From the NCBI RefSeq assembly GCF_050920415.1, contig NZ_CP169309.1: a stretch of DNA of 64,000 nt; one strand, 5' to 3'. This DNA comes from Escherichia coli (GTDB lineage: Bacteria > Pseudomonadota > Gammaproteobacteria > Enterobacterales > Enterobacteriaceae). Positions 23,717 to 37,582 of the stretch are shown one piece after another; the first letter of the stretch is position 1, and every line of letters starts with the position of its first letter. Under the pieces are notes generated by a model that searched no databases, was not told the DNA's origin, and saw only the letters and a program-made list of their open reading frames with translations. The translations under genes and the position numbers were made by a program.

Positions 23717-24199
23717 TTAAGGCTCGAACGGGCGTCTCTGGAACTGATCATGACCACATTTCGGGCATAGCGTCAGCACTTCCGGTGTGTAGATTGGGAG
23801 ATGGAAGTGACATTTCTCGCAGACCAGATTCCCCAGACCTACGACTTCCCCGCTGTGATAAACCCCGTGATGATTGAGATCCTGGAAAACTTCGCGCCAC
23901 TCAAGTTGCGTTTTATCGGTAATGTCCGCCAGTTCCTGCCAGAGGCTTTCTTTAATCACCCGCATAAAGACGCTGTCAGACTCTTCTTTCAGGCTCTCTT
24001 CATAGCTCATGGCGAACTCTTCCAGGTCACGTCTGACAGCTCGCGTCAGCTCATCGACCTCGGTTCGCGTTAACTCCCCTGTTTTTATTACGCGCTCGCG
24101 CGCCTGTTCCACCAGTGCGTCGATATCACGTTCGCCATTACGCAGGCGTTCGCTCAGTGACGCGACCAGTTCACGGTAATATTGAGCAACCTTGTTCAT
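23717..24199 (-). CDS. ybeL: DUF1451 zinc-ribbon protein
   Basis: 160 aa; C-terminal CEKCHFH...CPKCGH zinc-ribbon motif. Confidence 0.88.
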   Translation of the reverse strand: MNKVAQYYRELVASLSERLRNGERDIDALVEQARERVIKTGELTRTEVDELTRAVRRDLEEFAMSYEESLKEESDSVFMRVIKESLWQELADITDKTQLEWREVFQDLNHHGVYHSGEVVGLGNLVCEKCHFHLPIYTPEVLTLCPKCGHDQFQRRPFEP

Positions 24200-24434
24200 C
24201 GTTTCATCTCCCGGGTCGTTAACTGACTATAATAATAGACGTTCTTTGTTCCTTGCTTTGCTATTACGCCCACAAACTCTGTAAATTAATGTATGAATAA
24301 TCCGGGCATCATTTCAACGTCGAGTGCGCGAAAGGCTGTTTTGACGCGGACGTTTGGGCTATGCTATGCGGATCTGAAAAACCACCTCTAACGCTACTTT
24401 TGTAGCCGTATTGAAAACAGGACCACTGGCTGCC

Positions 24435-27017
24435 ATGCAAGAGCAATACCGCCCGGAAGAGATAGAATCCAAAGTACAGCTTCATTGGGATGAGAAGCGC
24501 ACATTTGAAGTAACAGAAGACGAGAGCAAAGAGAAGTATTACTGCCTGTCTATGCTTCCCTATCCTTCTGGTCGACTACACATGGGCCACGTACGTAACT
24601 ACACCATCGGTGACGTGATCGCCCGTTACCAGCGCATGCTGGGCAAAAACGTTCTGCAGCCAATCGGCTGGGACGCGTTTGGTCTGCCTGCGGAAGGCGC
24701 AGCGGTGAAAAATAACACCGCGCCAGCACCGTGGACGTACGACAACATCGCGTACATGAAAAACCAGCTCAAAATGCTGGGCTTTGGTTATGACTGGAGC
24801 CGCGAGCTGGCAACCTGTACGCCGGAATATTACCGTTGGGAACAGAAATTCTTCACCGAGCTGTATAAAAAAGGCCTGGTATATAAGAAGACTTCTGCGG
24901 TCAACTGGTGCCCGAACGACCAGACCGTACTGGCGAACGAACAGGTTATCGACGGCTGCTGCTGGCGCTGCGATACCAAAGTTGAGCGTAAAGAGATCCC
25001 GCAGTGGTTTATCAAAATCACCGCTTACGCTGACGAGCTGCTCAACGATCTGGATAAACTGGATCACTGGCCAGACACCGTTAAAACCATGCAGCGTAAC
25101 TGGATCGGTCGTTCCGAAGGAGTGGAAATCACCTTCAACGTTAACGACTATGACAACACGCTGACCGTTTACACTACCCGCCCGGACACCTTTATGGGTT
25201 GTACCTACCTGGCGGTAGCGGCAGGTCATCCGCTGGCACAGAAAGCGGCGGAAAATAATCCTGAACTGGCCGCCTTTATTGACGAATGCCGTAACACCAA
25301 AGTTGCCGAAGCTGAAATGGCGACGATGGAGAAAAAAGGCGTCGATACTGGCTTTAAAGCGGTTCACCCATTAACGGGCGAAGAAATTCCCGTTTGGGCA
25401 GCAAACTTCGTATTGATGGAATACGGCACGGGCGCAGTTATGGCGGTTCCGGGTCACGACCAGCGCGACTACGAGTTTGCCTCTAAATACGGCCTGAATA
25501 TCAAACCGGTTATCCTGGCAGCTGACGGTTCTGAGCCAGATCTTTCTCAGCAAGCCCTGACTGAAAAAGGCGTGCTGTTCAACTCTGGCGAGTTCAACGG
25601 TCTTGACCATGAAGCGGCCTTCAACGCCATCGCCGATAAACTGACTGCGATGGGCGTTGGCGAGCGTAAAGTGAACTACCGCCTGCGCGACTGGGGTGTT
25701 TCCCGTCAACGTTACTGGGGCGCGCCGATTCCGATGGTGACGCTGGAAGACGGTACTGTAATGCCGACCCCGGACGACCAACTGCCGGTGATCCTGCCGG
25801 AAGATGTGGTGATGGACGGCATTACCAGCCCAATCAAAGCTGATCCTGAGTGGGCGAAAACCACCGTTAACGGTATGCCTGCGCTGCGTGAAACCGATAC
25901 TTTCGACACCTTTATGGAGTCCTCCTGGTACTATGCGCGCTACACTTGCCCTGAGTACAAAGAAGGTATGCTGGATTCCGAAGCGGCCAACTACTGGCTG
26001 CCGGTGGATATCTACATTGGTGGTATCGAACACGCCATTATGCACCTGCTCTACTTCCGCTTCTTCCATAAACTGATGCGTGATGCAGGCATGGTGAACT
26101 CTGACGAACCAGCAAAACAGTTGCTGTGTCAGGGTATGGTGCTGGCGGATGCCTTCTACTATGTTGGCGAAAACGGCGAGCGTAACTGGGTTTCCCCAGT
26201 TGATGCTATCGTTGAACGTGACGAGAAAGGCCGTATCGTGAAAGCGAAAGACTCGGCAGGCCATGAACTGGTTTATACCGGCATGAGCAAAATGTCCAAG
26301 TCGAAGAACAACGGTATCGACCCTCAGGTGATGGTTGAACGTTACGGCGCGGACACCGTTCGTCTGTTTATGATGTTTGCTTCTCCGGCGGATATGACTC
26401 TCGAATGGCAGGAGTCTGGCGTGGAAGGGGCTAACCGCTTCCTGAAACGTGTCTGGAAACTGGTTTACGAGCACACTGCAAAAGGTGATGTTGCAGCACT
26501 GAATGTCGACGCGTTGACTGAAGATCAGAAAGCACTGCGTCGCGATGTTCATAAAACTATCGCTAAAGTGACCGATGATATCGGCCGTCGTCAGACCTTC
26601 AACACCGCGATTGCGGCAATTATGGAGCTGATGAACAAACTGGCGAAAGCACCGACCGATGGCGAGCAGGATCGCGCCCTGATGCAGGAAGCGCTGCTGG
26701 CGGTAGTCCGTATGCTTAACCCGTTCACCCCGCACATCTGCTTCACGCTGTGGCAGGAACTGAAAGGCGAAGGCGATATCGACAACGCGCCGTGGCCGGT
26801 TGCTGACGAAAAAGCGATGGTGGAAGACTCCACCCTGGTGGTGGTGCAGGTTAACGGTAAAGTCCGTGCCAAAATCACTGTTCCGGTGGACGCAACGGAA
26901 GAACAGGTTCGCGAACGTGCTGGCCAGGAACATCTGGTAGCAAAATATCTTGATGGCGTTACCGTGCGTAAAGTGATTTACGTACCGGGTAAACTCCTCA
27001 ATCTGGTCGTTGGCTAA
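24435..27017 (+). CDS. leuS: Leucyl-tRNA synthetase
   Basis: 860 aa from MQEQYRPEE; class I HMGH and KMSKS motifs. Confidence 0.95.
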   Translation: MQEQYRPEEIESKVQLHWDEKRTFEVTEDESKEKYYCLSMLPYPSGRLHMGHVRNYTIGDVIARYQRMLGKNVLQPIGWDAFGLPAEGAAVKNNTAPAPWTYDNIAYMKNQLKMLGFGYDWSRELATCTPEYYRWEQKFFTELYKKGLVYKKTSAVNWCPNDQTVLANEQVIDGCCWRCDTKVERKEIPQWFIKITAYADELLNDLDKLDHWPDTVKTMQRNWIGRSEGVEITFNVNDYDNTLTVYTTRPDTFMGCTYLAVAAGHPLAQKAAENNPELAAFIDECRNTKVAEAEMATMEKKGVDTGFKAVHPLTGEEIPVWAANFVLMEYGTGAVMAVPGHDQRDYEFASKYGLNIKPVILAADGSEPDLSQQALTEKGVLFNSGEFNGLDHEAAFNAIADKLTAMGVGERKVNYRLRDWGVSRQRYWGAPIPMVTLEDGTVMPTPDDQLPVILPEDVVMDGITSPIKADPEWAKTTVNGMPALRETDTFDTFMESSWYYARYTCPEYKEGMLDSEAANYWLPVDIYIGGIEHAIMHLLYFRFFHKLMRDAGMVNSDEPAKQLLCQGMVLADAFYYVGENGERNWVSPVDAIVERDEKGRIVKAKDSAGHELVYTGMSKMSKSKNNGIDPQVMVERYGADTVRLFMMFASPADMTLEWQESGVEGANRFLKRVWKLVYEHTAKGDVAALNVDALTEDQKALRRDVHKTIAKVTDDIGRRQTFNTAIAAIMELMNKLAKAPTDGEQDRALMQEALLAVVRMLNPFTPHICFTLWQELKGEGDIDNAPWPVADEKAMVEDSTLVVVQVNGKVRAKITVPVDATEEQVRERAGQEHLVAKYLDGVTVRKVIYVPGKLLNLVVG

Positions 27018-27031
27018 GCGCGGGAGGAAGC

Positions 27032-27613
27032 GTGCGATATCTGGCAACATTGTTGTTATCTCTGGCGGTGTTAATCACCGCCGGGTGTGGCTGGCATCTG
27101 CGTGATACTACGCAGGTTCCTTCCACTATGAAGGTCATGATCCTGGACTCTGGCGACCCGAACGGGCCGTTAAGTCGTGCGGTGCGTAACCAGTTACGTC
27201 TGAACGGTGTCGAGTTGCTTGATAAAGAAACCACCCGTAAGGACGTTCCATCCCTGCGTTTGGGTAAAGTGAGCATCGCGAAAGATACCGCATCGGTATT
27301 CCGTAACGGTCAAACAGCAGAGTATCAGATGATCATGACGGTCAATGCGACCGTGTTGATCCCCGGCCGTGACATCTACCCGATTAGCGCCAAAGTCTTC
27401 CGTTCGTTCTTCGATAACCCGCAAATGGCGTTAGCGAAAGATAACGAACAAGACATGATCGTAAAAGAGATGTACGACCGTGCTGCCGAACAGCTGATTC
27501 GTAAGCTGCCAAGCATCCGTGCTGCGGATATTCGTTCCGATGAAGAACAGACGTCGACCACAACGGATACTCCGGCAACGCCTGCACGCGTCTCAACCAC
27601 GCTGGGTAACTGA
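27032..27613 (+). CDS. lptE: LPS assembly lipoprotein LptE
   Basis: 193 aa; lipobox LITAGC; conserved position after leuS. Confidence 0.93.
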
Positions 27614-28644
27614 TGATTCGGTTGTACCCAGAACAACTCCGCGCGCAGCTCAATGAAGGGCTGCGCGCGGCGTATCTTTTACTTGGTAACGATCCTCTGT
27701 TACTGCAGGAAAGCCAGGACGCTATTCGTCAGGTCGCTGCGGCACACGGATTCGAAGAACACCACACTTTTTCCATTGATCCCAACACTGACTGGAATGC
27801 GGTCTTTTCGTTATGCCAGGCCATGAGTCTGTTTGCCAGTAGACAAACGCTATTGCTGTTATTACCAGAAAACGGACCGAATGCGGCGATCAATGAACAA
27901 CTTCTCACGCTCACTGGACTTCTGCATGACGACCTGCTGTTGGTCGTCCGCGGTAATAAATTAAGCAAAGCGCAAGAAAATGCTGCCTGGTTTACTGCTC
28001 TTGCGAATCGCAGCGTGCAGGTGACCTGTCAGACGCCGGAGCAGGCTCAGCTTCCCCGCTGGGTTGCTGCGCGTGCAAAACAGCTCAACTTAGAACTGGA
28101 TGACGCGGCAAACCAAGTGCTCTGCTACTGTTATGAAGGTAACCTGCTGGCGCTGGCCCAGGCACTGGAGCGTTTATCGCTACTCTGGCCAGACGGCAAA
28201 CTGACATTACCGCGCGTTGAACAGGCGGTGAATGATGCCGCGCATTTCACCCCTTTTCATTGGGTTGATGCTTTGTTGATGGGCAAAAGTAAGCGCGCGT
28301 TGCATATTCTTCAGCAACTGCGTCTGGAAGGCAGCGAGCCGGTTATTTTGTTGCGCACATTACAACGAGAACTGTTGTTACTGGTTAACCTGAAACGCCA
28401 GTCTGCCCATACGCCACTGCGTGCGTTGTTTGATAAACATCGCGTTTGGCAGAACCGCCGGGGCATGATGAGTGAGGCGTTAAATCGCTTAAGCCAGCCG
28501 CAGTTACGTCAGGCCGTGCAACTCCTGACACGAACGGAACTCACCCTCAAACAAGATTACGGTCAGTCAGTGTGGGCAGAGCTGGAAGGGTTATCTCTTC
28601 TGTTGTGCCATAAACCCCTGGCGGACGTATTTATCGACGGTTGA
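27613..28644 (+). CDS. holA: DNA polymerase III delta subunit
   Basis: 343 aa; start overlaps the lptE stop. Confidence 0.93.
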   Translation: MIRLYPEQLRAQLNEGLRAAYLLLGNDPLLLQESQDAIRQVAAAHGFEEHHTFSIDPNTDWNAVFSLCQAMSLFASRQTLLLLLPENGPNAAINEQLLTLTGLLHDDLLLVVRGNKLSKAQENAAWFTALANRSVQVTCQTPEQAQLPRWVAARAKQLNLELDDAANQVLCYCYEGNLLALAQALERLSLLWPDGKLTLPRVEQAVNDAAHFTPFHWVDALLMGKSKRALHILQQLRLEGSEPVILLRTLQRELLLLVNLKRQSAHTPLRALFDKHRVWQNRRGMMSEALNRLSQPQLRQAVQLLTRTELTLKQDYGQSVWAELEGLSLLLCHKPLADVFIDG

Positions 28645-28645
28645 T

Positions 28646-29287
28646 ATGAAATCTTTACAGGCTCTGTTTGGTGGCACCTTTGATCCGGTGCACTATGGTC
28701 ATCTTAAGCCCGTGGAAACGCTGGCGAACTTGATTGGTCTGACGCGAGTCACCATCATCCCTAATAATGTTCCTCCGCATCGTCCCCAGCCGGAAGCAAC
28801 CAGCGTGCAGCGTAAACACATGCTTGAACTGGCGATTGCCGACAAGCCACTGTTTACTCTTGATGAACGCGAGCTAAAGCGCAATTCTCCCTCTTACACT
28901 GCACAAACACTGAAAGAATGGCGGCAGGAACAAGGGCCAGATGTGCCGCTGGCATTTATTATTGGCCAGGATTCACTGCTCACCTTTCCAACCTGGTACG
29001 AATACGAAACGATACTCGACAATGCACATTTGATCGTCTGTCGGCGTCCCGGTTACCCACTTGAAATGGCGCAACCGCAATACCAGCAATGGCTGGAAGA
29101 TCATTTGACACATAACCCGGAAGATCTTCACCTTCAGCCTGCCGGTAAAATTTATCTGGCTGAAACGCCGTGGTTTAACATCTCGGCGACCATCATCCGC
29201 GAACGTTTGCAAAACGGTGAATCGTGTGAGGATTTATTGCCGGAACCGGTACTGACTTACATTAACCAACAAGGCTTGTATCGCTGA
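28646..29287 (+). CDS. nadD: Nicotinate-mononucleotide adenylyltransferase
   Basis: 213 aa; [11 protein letters not shown] nucleotidyltransferase motif. Confidence 0.95.
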   Translation: MKSLQALFGGTFDPVHYGHLKPVETLANLIGLTRVTIIPNNVPPHRPQPEATSVQRKHMLELAIADKPLFTLDERELKRNSPSYTAQTLKEWRQEQGPDVPLAFIIGQDSLLTFPTWYEYETILDNAHLIVCRRPGYPLEMAQPQYQQWLEDHLTHNPEDLHLQPAGKIYLAETPWFNISATIIRERLQNGESCEDLLPEPVLTYINQQGLYR

Positions 29288-29310
29288 TACCTGTCGTTAC
29301 GGAGGGCATG

Positions 29311-29922
29311 ATGCGACTGTGGTTAATTCGTCATGGCGAAACGCAAGCGAATATCGATGGTCTGTACAGCGGTCATGCTCCCACACCCCTGACTGCGCGC
29401 GGTATTGAGCAAGTGCAAAATCTGCATACGCTGCTACATGGTGTTTCCTTTGACCTGGTTTTATGCAGTGAACTGGAACGGGCACAGCATACCGCGCGAC
29501 GGGTTCTCAGTGATCGCCAGCTCCCCGTGCAAATCATCCCTGAACTCAACGAAATGTTTTTTGGCGACTGGGAGATGCGACATCATCGCGACCTCATGCA
29601 AGAAGATGCCGAAAACTATAGCGCGTGGTGCAATGACTGGCAGCATGCTATCCCCACGAACGGTGAAGGATTTCAGGCATTTTCACAACGTGTGGAACGG
29701 TTTATCGCAAGGCTTAGTGAATTTCAGCACTATCAGAATATTTTAGTCGTCAGCCATCAGGGTGTACTGAGTCTGTTAATCGCTCGTTTAATTGGCATGC
29801 CTGCCGAGGCTATGTGGCATTTTCGCGTTGACCAGGGGTGTTGGAGCGCCATTGATATCAACCAAAAATTCGCGACGTTACGCGTCCTCAATAGCCGTGC
29901 CATCGGGGTCGAGAATACATGA
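29311..29922 (+). CDS. cobC: Histidine-phosphatase family protein (alpha-ribazole phosphatase-like)
   Basis: 203 aa from MRLWLIRHGETQAN (RHG phosphohistidine motif). Confidence 0.9.
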   Translation: MRLWLIRHGETQANIDGLYSGHAPTPLTARGIEQVQNLHTLLHGVSFDLVLCSELERAQHTARRVLSDRQLPVQIIPELNEMFFGDWEMRHHRDLMQEDAENYSAWCNDWQHAIPTNGEGFQAFSQRVERFIARLSEFQHYQNILVVSHQGVLSLLIARLIGMPAEAMWHFRVDQGCWSAIDINQKFATLRVLNSRAIGVENT

Positions 29923-30163
29923 CTTTTCTGTTTTTTTACGGGTAAGCCGCAACGACCATTGACAGCCCCGGGCAGGCTGATATTCTCCGCAGCCAGACTT
30001 TTTTCGCCAGACACGACTTTGTAGAAATTGTTTTACAAAAATGGCGATGCAATCTGCGGCGCGGGGTGGGATGATAGCCCACTTTCGAAAGCCGATTCGG
30101 CGACAATTGTCCCGAAATCGCCTCTGGTTCAGGTATACTGACAGACCATTTTTATCTATTTGA

Positions 30164-30499
<336 letters not shown>

Positions 30500-30502
30500 T
30501 GC

Positions 30503-30970
30503 GTGAAGCTGCAACTTGTCGCCGTGGGAACGAAAATGCCGGACTGGGTACAAACCGGTTTTACCGAGTACCTGCGTCGTTTTCCGAAAGATATGCCCTT
30601 CGAGCTGATTGAAATTCCGGCCGGAAAACGCGGCAAGAATGCGGACATCAAGCGCATACTCGACAAAGAGGGTGAGCAGATGTTGGCGGCCGCAGGCAAA
30701 AACCGCATTGTCACCCTCGATATTCCAGGCAAGCCCTGGGATACACCGCAGTTAGCCGCTGAGCTGGAACGCTGGAAACTGGATGGTCGCGACGTCAGTC
30801 TACTGATTGGCGGGCCTGAAGGGTTGTCGCCTGCCTGTAAAGCGGCGGCGGAGCAGAGCTGGTCGCTGTCGGCGCTTACCCTTCCCCATCCGCTGGTTCG
30901 CGTGCTGGTCGCAGAGAGTCTGTACCGGGCGTGGAGCATCACCACCAACCATCCTTATCACCGTGAGTGA
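30503..30970 (+). CDS. rlmH: 23S rRNA m3-pseudouridine1915 methyltransferase
   Basis: 155 aa, GTG start; SPOUT-class RlmH. Confidence 0.93.
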
Positions 30971-31000
30971 TAAGGGAGCTTTGAGTAGAAAACGCAGCGG

Positions 31001-32902
31001 ATGAAACTACAGAACTCTTTTCGCGACTATACGGCAGAGTCCGCGCTGTTTGTGCGCCGGGCGCTGGTCGCCTTTTTGGGGATTTTGCTGCTGACCGGCG
31101 TGCTTATCGCCAACCTGTATAATCTGCAAATTGTTCGCTTTACCGATTACCAGACCCGATCTAATGAAAACCGCATTAAGCTGGTGCCTATCGCGCCCAG
31201 CCGCGGCATTATCTACGACCGTAACGGTATCCCTCTGGCACTTAACCGCACTATCTACCAGATAGAGATGATGCCGGAGAAAGTCGATAACGTGCAGCAA
31301 ACGCTGGACGCTTTGCGCAGCGTGGTTGATCTGACCGATGACGATATTGCTGCATTCCGAAAAGAGCGCGCACGTTCACACCGTTTCACCTCCATTCCGG
31401 TGAAAACTAACCTGACTGAAGTACAAGTGGCACGCTTTGCCGTCAATCAGTACCGTTTTCCGGGTGTCGAAGTTAAAGGCTATAAGCGTCGTTACTATCC
31501 TTACGGTTCGGCGTTGACCCACGTTATCGGCTATGTGTCGAAAATCAACGATAAAGACGTCGAACGCCTGAATAATGACGGCAAACTGGCCAACTATGCG
31601 GCAACGCATGATATCGGTAAGCTGGGCATTGAGCGTTACTATGAAGACGTGCTGCACGGTCAGACCGGTTATGAAGAGGTTGAAGTTAACAACCGTGGGC
31701 GTGTTATCCGCCAGTTAAAAGAAGTGCCACCGCAAGCCGGACACGATATTTACCTGACGCTGGATCTCAAACTGCAGCAATATATTGAAACGCTGCTGGC
31801 GGGTAGCCGCGCAGCGGTGGTAGTCACCGATCCGCGTACAGGTGGGGTGCTGGCGCTGGTTTCCACGCCTAGTTATGACCCAAACCTGTTTGTTGACGGT
31901 ATCTCCAGCAAAGATTATTCCGCCTTGCTGAACGACCCAAATACACCGCTGGTGAACCGCGCCACACAGGGGGTTTATCCTCCCGCGTCTACAGTTAAAC
32001 CCTATGTGGCGGTTTCGGCATTGAGCGCAGGAGTGATCACGCGTAATACGACGCTGTTTGACCCAGGCTGGTGGCAACTGCCAGGTTCGGAAAAACGTTA
32101 CCGTGACTGGAAAAAATGGGGCCACGGGCGTCTGAATGTCACAAGATCGCTGGAAGAATCTGCGGATACCTTCTTCTATCAGGTGGCCTACGATATGGGA
32201 ATCGATCGCCTCTCCGAATGGATGGGTAAATTCGGTTATGGTCATTACACCGGTATCGACCTGGCGGAAGAACGTTCCGGCAACATGCCTACCCGTGAAT
32301 GGAAACAGAAACGCTTTAAAAAACCGTGGTATCAGGGTGACACCATTCCGGTTGGTATCGGTCAGGGTTACTGGACAGCGACCCCAATCCAGATGAGTAA
32401 GGCACTGATGATCCTGATTAATGACGGTATCGTGAAAGTTCCACATTTGCTGATGAGCACCGCCGAAGACGGCAAACAGGTGCCATGGGTACAACCGCAT
32501 GAACCGCCCGTCGGCGATATTCATTCCGGTTACTGGGAGCTGGCGAAAGACGGTATGTACGGTGTTGCTAACCGCCCTAACGGTACGGCGCATAAATACT
32601 TTGCCAGCGCACCGTACAAAATTGCGGCGAAATCTGGTACCGCTCAGGTCTTCGGTCTGAAAGCGAACGAAACCTATAATGCGCACAAAATTGCCGAGCG
32701 TTTACGTGACCACAAACTGATGACAGCCTTTGCGCCATACAACAATCCGCAAGTGGCTGTCGCCATGATTCTGGAGAACGGTGGCGCGGGTCCGGCGGTT
32801 GGTACGCTGATGCGCCAGATCCTCGACCACATTATGCTGGGTGATAACAACACCGATCTGCCTGCGGAAAATCCAGCGGTTGCCGCAGCGGAGGACCATT
32901 AA
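31001..32902 (+). CDS. mrdA: Penicillin-binding protein 2 (elongasome transpeptidase)
   Basis: 633 aa; STVK active-site motif. Confidence 0.95.
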   Translation: MKLQNSFRDYTAESALFVRRALVAFLGILLLTGVLIANLYNLQIVRFTDYQTRSNENRIKLVPIAPSRGIIYDRNGIPLALNRTIYQIEMMPEKVDNVQQTLDALRSVVDLTDDDIAAFRKERARSHRFTSIPVKTNLTEVQVARFAVNQYRFPGVEVKGYKRRYYPYGSALTHVIGYVSKINDKDVERLNNDGKLANYAATHDIGKLGIERYYEDVLHGQTGYEEVEVNNRGRVIRQLKEVPPQAGHDIYLTLDLKLQQYIETLLAGSRAAVVVTDPRTGGVLALVSTPSYDPNLFVDGISSKDYSALLNDPNTPLVNRATQGVYPPASTVKPYVAVSALSAGVITRNTTLFDPGWWQLPGSEKRYRDWKKWGHGRLNVTRSLEESADTFFYQVAYDMGIDRLSEWMGKFGYGHYTGIDLAEERSGNMPTREWKQKRFKKPWYQGDTIPVGIGQGYWTATPIQMSKALMILINDGIVKVPHLLMSTAEDGKQVPWVQPHEPPVGDIHSGYWELAKDGMYGVANRPNGTAHKYFASAPYKIAAKSGTAQVFGLKANETYNAHKIAERLRDHKLMTAFAPYNNPQVAVAMILENGGAGPAVGTLMRQILDHIMLGDNNTDLPAENPAVAAAEDH

Positions 32903-32904
32903 TC

Positions 32905-34017
32905 ATGACGGATAATCCGAATAAAAAAACATTCTGGGATAAAGTCCATCTCGATCCCACAATGCTGCTGATCTTACTGGCATTGCTGGTTTACAGCGCC
33001 CTGGTTATCTGGAGCGCCAGCGGTCAGGATATTGGCATGATGGAGCGTAAAATCGGCCAAATCGCGATGGGTCTGGTCATCATGGTGGTGATGGCGCAAA
33101 TTCCTCCACGCGTTTATGAAGGCTGGGCCCCCTATCTCTATATCATCTGTATTATTTTGCTGGTGGCGGTAGATGCTTTCGGTGCCATCTCTAAAGGTGC
33201 TCAACGCTGGCTGGACCTCGGTATTGTTCGTTTTCAGCCGTCGGAAATTGCCAAAATAGCCGTACCACTGATGGTTGCGCGCTTTATCAACCGCGACGTT
33301 TGCCCGCCATCGTTGAAGAACACTGGCATCGCGCTGGTGCTGATATTTATGCCCACGCTGCTGGTGGCTGCACAGCCTGACCTGGGAACATCAATCCTCG
33401 TTGCGCTTTCTGGTCTGTTTGTACTGTTCCTCTCTGGCCTTAGCTGGCGTCTGATTGGCGTCGCAGTAGTGCTGGTAGCGGCGTTCATTCCGATTCTGTG
33501 GTTCTTCCTGATGCATGATTACCAGCGCCAGCGCGTAATGATGCTCCTGGACCCGGAATCAGACCCACTCGGCGCGGGCTATCACATTATTCAGTCTAAA
33601 ATTGCTATTGGCTCCGGCGGATTACGCGGCAAAGGCTGGCTGCATGGCACTCAGTCACAACTTGAATTTCTACCCGAACGCCATACCGACTTTATCTTCG
33701 CGGTACTGGCGGAAGAGCTGGGATTAGTGGGCATTTTGATTCTGCTCGCTCTCTACATTCTGCTGATCATGCGCGGGCTGTGGATAGCCGCCAGAGCGCA
33801 AACCACCTTTGGTCGCGTCATGGCTGGCGGCTTAATGCTGATATTATTCGTTTATGTCTTCGTAAATATTGGTATGGTAAGCGGTATTCTGCCGGTTGTA
33901 GGGGTTCCGCTCCCACTGGTCAGTTATGGAGGATCGGCGCTAATTGTGCTGATGGCTGGGTTCGGGATTGTAATGTCAATCCACACCCACAGGAAAATGT
34001 TGTCGAAAAGCGTGTAA
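32905..34017 (+). CDS. mrdB: Peptidoglycan glycosyltransferase RodA (SEDS family)
   Basis: 370-aa polytopic membrane protein directly downstream of mrdA. Confidence 0.95.
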   Translation: MTDNPNKKTFWDKVHLDPTMLLILLALLVYSALVIWSASGQDIGMMERKIGQIAMGLVIMVVMAQIPPRVYEGWAPYLYIICIILLVAVDAFGAISKGAQRWLDLGIVRFQPSEIAKIAVPLMVARFINRDVCPPSLKNTGIALVLIFMPTLLVAAQPDLGTSILVALSGLFVLFLSGLSWRLIGVAVVLVAAFIPILWFFLMHDYQRQRVMMLLDPESDPLGAGYHIIQSKIAIGSGGLRGKGWLHGTQSQLEFLPERHTDFIFAVLAEELGLVGILILLALYILLIMRGLWIAARAQTTFGRVMAGGLMLILFVYVFVNIGMVSGILPVVGVPLPLVSYGGSALIVLMAGFGIVMSIHTHRKMLSKSV

Positions 34018-34027
34018 GAGGTGCGCA

Positions 34028-35116
34028 ATGCGTAAGCAGTGGCTCGGGATCTGCATCGCGGCAGGAATGCTCGCGGCATGTACAAGCGATGATGGTCAGC
34101 AACAGACGGTAAGTGTACCGCAGCCTGCGGTATGTAACGGCCCCATAGTTGAAATTAGCGGGGCGGACCCGCGTTTCGAACCACTGAACGCGACGGCAAA
34201 TCAGGATTACCAGCGCGATGGTAAAAGCTACAAAATCGTGCAGGATCCGTCTCGATTTAGCCAGGCGGGACTGGCGGCAATCTATGATGCCGAACCAGGC
34301 AGTAACCTGACGGCCTCTGGCGAAGCTTTCGATCCGACACAGCTGACGGCGGCCCATCCAACGCTTCCGATCCCCAGCTACGCCAGAATCACTAACCTGG
34401 CTAACGGGCGAATGATCGTGGTGCGCATTAATGATCGCGGTCCTTATGGCAACGACCGCGTTATTTCGCTTTCTCGCGCAGCAGCTGACCGTCTTAACAC
34501 GTCAAACAACACCAAAGTTCGTATCGATCCGATTATTGTCGCCCAGGATGGTTCGCTTTCTGGTCCTGGTATGGCTTGTACCACAGTCGCCAAACAGACT
34601 TACGCCCTGCCTGCACCTCCCGATTTAAGCGGCGGCGCAGGAACAAGTTCAGTGTCTGGCCCGCAGGGTGACATTCTTCCGGTCAGTAATTCGACGCTAA
34701 AAAGCGAAGATCCGACTGGCGCGCCGGTAACCAGCAGCGGTTTCCTCGGCGCACCAACGACCTTAGCGCCTGGTGTTCTGGAAGGCAGCGAACCAACGCC
34801 TGCACCACAGCCCGTTGTTACAGCTCCCTCGACAACGCCTGCAACCTCGCCTGCAATGGTGACACCGCAAGCCGCCTCGCAAAGCGCTAGCGGCAACTTT
34901 ATGGTGCAAGTTGGGGCAGTAAGCGATCAGGCGCGTGCGCAACAGTACCAACAGCAACTGGGACAGAAGTTCGGCGTCCCCGGTCGCGTAACTCAAAATG
35001 GCGCGGTCTGGCGGATCCAGCTTGGCCCATTCGCCAGCAAAGCCGAAGCCAGTACCTTGCAGCAACGTTTGCAAACCGAAGCCCAATTGCAGTCATTTAT
35101 TACCACCGCGCAGTAG
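34028..35116 (+). CDS. rlpA: Septal ring lytic transglycosylase lipoprotein RlpA
   Basis: 362 aa; lipobox LAAC; Pro/Ala/Thr-rich linker; C-terminal SPOR-like region. Confidence 0.93.
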   Translation: MRKQWLGICIAAGMLAACTSDDGQQQTVSVPQPAVCNGPIVEISGADPRFEPLNATANQDYQRDGKSYKIVQDPSRFSQAGLAAIYDAEPGSNLTASGEAFDPTQLTAAHPTLPIPSYARITNLANGRMIVVRINDRGPYGNDRVISLSRAAADRLNTSNNTKVRIDPIIVAQDGSLSGPGMACTTVAKQTYALPAPPDLSGGAGTSSVSGPQGDILPVSNSTLKSEDPTGAPVTSSGFLGAPTTLAPGVLEGSEPTPAPQPVVTAPSTTPATSPAMVTPQAASQSASGNFMVQVGAVSDQARAQQYQQQLGQKFGVPGRVTQNGAVWRIQLGPFASKAEASTLQQRLQTEAQLQSFITTAQ

Positions 35117-35255
35117 CGTAAAGCAGGCATCTGATGTGTCAATTTCTGTAAATGACGTTAACAAAGTCACGCGGAAAGTCAGATGCCTGCCGGTAGTGCA
35201 TTTGCTATAGTAGGGCACTTTTTTTAATTCCATCACGGATGTCGTAGTTCAGACC

Positions 35256-36467
35256 ATGAATACCATTTTTTCCGCTCGTATCATGAAGCGCCTGGCGCTC
35301 ACCACGGCTCTTTGCACAGCCTTTATCTCTGCTGCACATGCCGATGACCTGAATATCAAAACTATGATCCCGGGTGTACCGCAGATCGATGCGGAGTCCT
35401 ACATCCTGATTGACTATAACTCGGGCAAAGTGCTCGCCGAACAGAACGCAGATGTCCGCCGCGATCCTGCCAGTCTGACCAAAATGATGACCAGTTACGT
35501 TATCGGCCAGGCAATGAAAGCCGGTAAATTTAAAGAAACTGATTTAGTCACCATCGGCAACGACGCATGGGCCACCGGTAACCCGGTATTTAAAGGTTCT
35601 TCGCTGATGTTCCTCAAACCGGGCATGCAGGTTCCGGTTTCTCAGCTGATCCGCGGTATTAACCTGCAATCGGGTAACGATGCTTGCGTCGCCATGGCCG
35701 ATTTTGCCGCTGGTAGCCAGGACGCTTTTGTTGGCTTGATGAACAGCTACGTTAACGCACTGGGCCTGAAAAACACTCACTTCCAGACCGTGCACGGTCT
35801 CGACGCTGACGGTCAGTACAGCTCCGCGCGAGATATGGCGCTGATCGGCCAGGCGTTGATCCGTGACGTACCGAATGAATACTCGATCTATAAAGAAAAA
35901 GAATTTACGTTTAACGGTATTCGCCAGCTGAACCGTAACGGCCTGTTATGGGATAACAGCCTGAATGTCGACGGCATCAAAACCGGACACACTGACAAAG
36001 CAGGTTACAACCTTGTTGCTTCTGCGACTGAAGGCCAGATGCGCTTGATCTCTGCGGTGATGGGCGGACGTACTTTTAAAGGCCGTGAAGCCGAAAGTAA
36101 AAAACTGCTAACCTGGGGCTTCCGTTTCTTCGAAACCGTTAACCCACTGAAAGTAGGTAAAGAGTTCGCCTCTGAACCGGTTTGGTTTGGTGATTCTGAT
36201 CGCGCTTCGTTAGGTGTTGATAAAGACGTGTACCTGACCATTCCGCGTGGCCGCATGAAAGATCTGAAAGCCAGCTATGTGCTGAACAGCAGTGAATTGC
36301 ATGCGCCGCTGCAAAAGAATCAGGTCGTCGGTACTATCAACTTCCAGCTTGATGGCAAAACGATCGAACAACGCCCGCTGGTTGTGCTGCAAGAAATCCC
36401 GGAAGGCAACTTCTTCGGCAAAATCATTGATTACATTAAGTTAATGTTCCATCACTGGTTTGGTTAA
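35256..36467 (+). CDS. dacA: D-alanyl-D-alanine carboxypeptidase PBP5
   Basis: 403 aa; signal peptide; SLTK active site; C-terminal amphipathic anchor. Confidence 0.95.
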
Positions 36468-36524
36468 AAATCGAACACTTGAAAGTGTGATTTCCGCCCC
36501 CATATACTAAGCATCAGTAAAAAA

Positions 36525-36553
36525 CTCCCGCCTTCTGGCGGGAGTTGCTATTT
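36525..36553 (+). terminator. Intrinsic terminator after dacA
   Basis: ctcccgccttctggcgggag hairpin followed by a T-rich tail. Confidence 0.7.
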
Positions 36554-36576
36554 AATTACGTTACGCCGGAGCTGAC

Positions 36577-36840
36577 ATGAAAACCAAACTTAACGAACTG
36601 CTTGAATTCCCTACTCCTTTTACTTACAAAGTTATGGGGCAGGCGTTACCTGAGCTGGTTGATCAGGTGGTTGAAGTGGTACAGCGCCATGCGCCAGGTG
36701 ACTACACCCCAACGGTAAAACCAAGCAGCAAAGGCAACTACCACTCGGTATCTATCACTATCAACGCCACTCATATTGAGCAGGTTGAAACACTGTATGA
36801 AGAACTGGGCAAAATCGATATTGTCCGCATGGTTCTGTAA
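36577..36840 (+). CDS. ybeD: UPF0250 protein YbeD
   Basis: 87 aa; conserved position between dacA and lipB. Confidence 0.9.
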
Positions 36841-36940
36841 CTCGCGTATTCTTTACCCGGCCCCTGGTCGGGTAACTCCCCTCTCCTCGCTGTGATATAC
36901 TTTTCCCCCACTTTTACTCATTCTCCACGGAGATGCCGTT

Positions 36941-37582
36941 TTGTATCAGGATAAAATTCTTGTCCGCCAGCTCGGTCTTCAGCCTTACGAGCCAATCTCC
37001 CAGGCTATGCATGAATTCACCGATACCCGCGATGAAAGTACCCTTGATGAAATCTGGCTGGTCGAGCACTATCCGGTATTCACCCAAGGGCAGGCAGGAA
37101 AAGCGGAGCACATTTTAATGCCGGGCGATATTCCGGTGATCCAAAGCGATCGCGGTGGGCAGGTGACTTATCACGGGCCGGGGCAACAGGTGATGTATGT
37201 GTTGCTTAACCTGAAACGCCGTAAACTCGGTGTGCGTGAACTGGTGACCTTGCTCGAGCAAACAGTGGTGAATACCCTGGCTGAACTGGGTATAGAAGCA
37301 CATCCTCGGGCTGACGCGCCTGGTGTCTATGTCGGGGAAAAGAAAATTTGCTCACTGGGTTTACGTATTCGACGCGGTTGTTCATTCCACGGTCTGGCAT
37401 TAAACGTCAATATGGATCTTTCACCATTTTTACGTATTAATCCTTGTGGGTATGCCGGAATGGAAATGGCTAAAATATCACAATGGAGACCCGAAGCGAC
37501 GACTAATAATATTGCACCACGTTTACTGGAAAATATTTTAGCGCTACTAAACAATCCTGACTTCGAATATATTACCGCTTAA
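36941..37582 (+). CDS. lipB: Octanoyltransferase LipB
   Basis: 213 aa, TTG start; recognised LipB sequence. Confidence 0.9.
   Translation: MYQDKILVRQLGLQPYEPISQAMHEFTDTRDESTLDEIWLVEHYPVFTQGQAGKAEHILMPGDIPVIQSDRGGQVTYHGPGQQVMYVLLNLKRRKLGVRELVTLLEQTVVNTLAELGIEAHPRADAPGVYVGEKKICSLGLRIRRGCSFHGLALNVNMDLSPFLRINPCGYAGMEMAKISQWRPEATTNNIAPRLLENILALLNNPDFEYITA

Noticed and set aside
24576-25367. 263-aa ORF on the minus strand
   Set aside because: Antisense within the 5' half of leuS; shadow ORF
25371-27050. 559-aa ORF on the minus strand
   Set aside because: Lies entirely antisense within leuS; a shadow ORF of a high-GC, codon-biased gene with no independent start context
31715-32686. 323-aa ORF on the minus strand
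   Set aside because: Antisense within mrdA; shadow ORF
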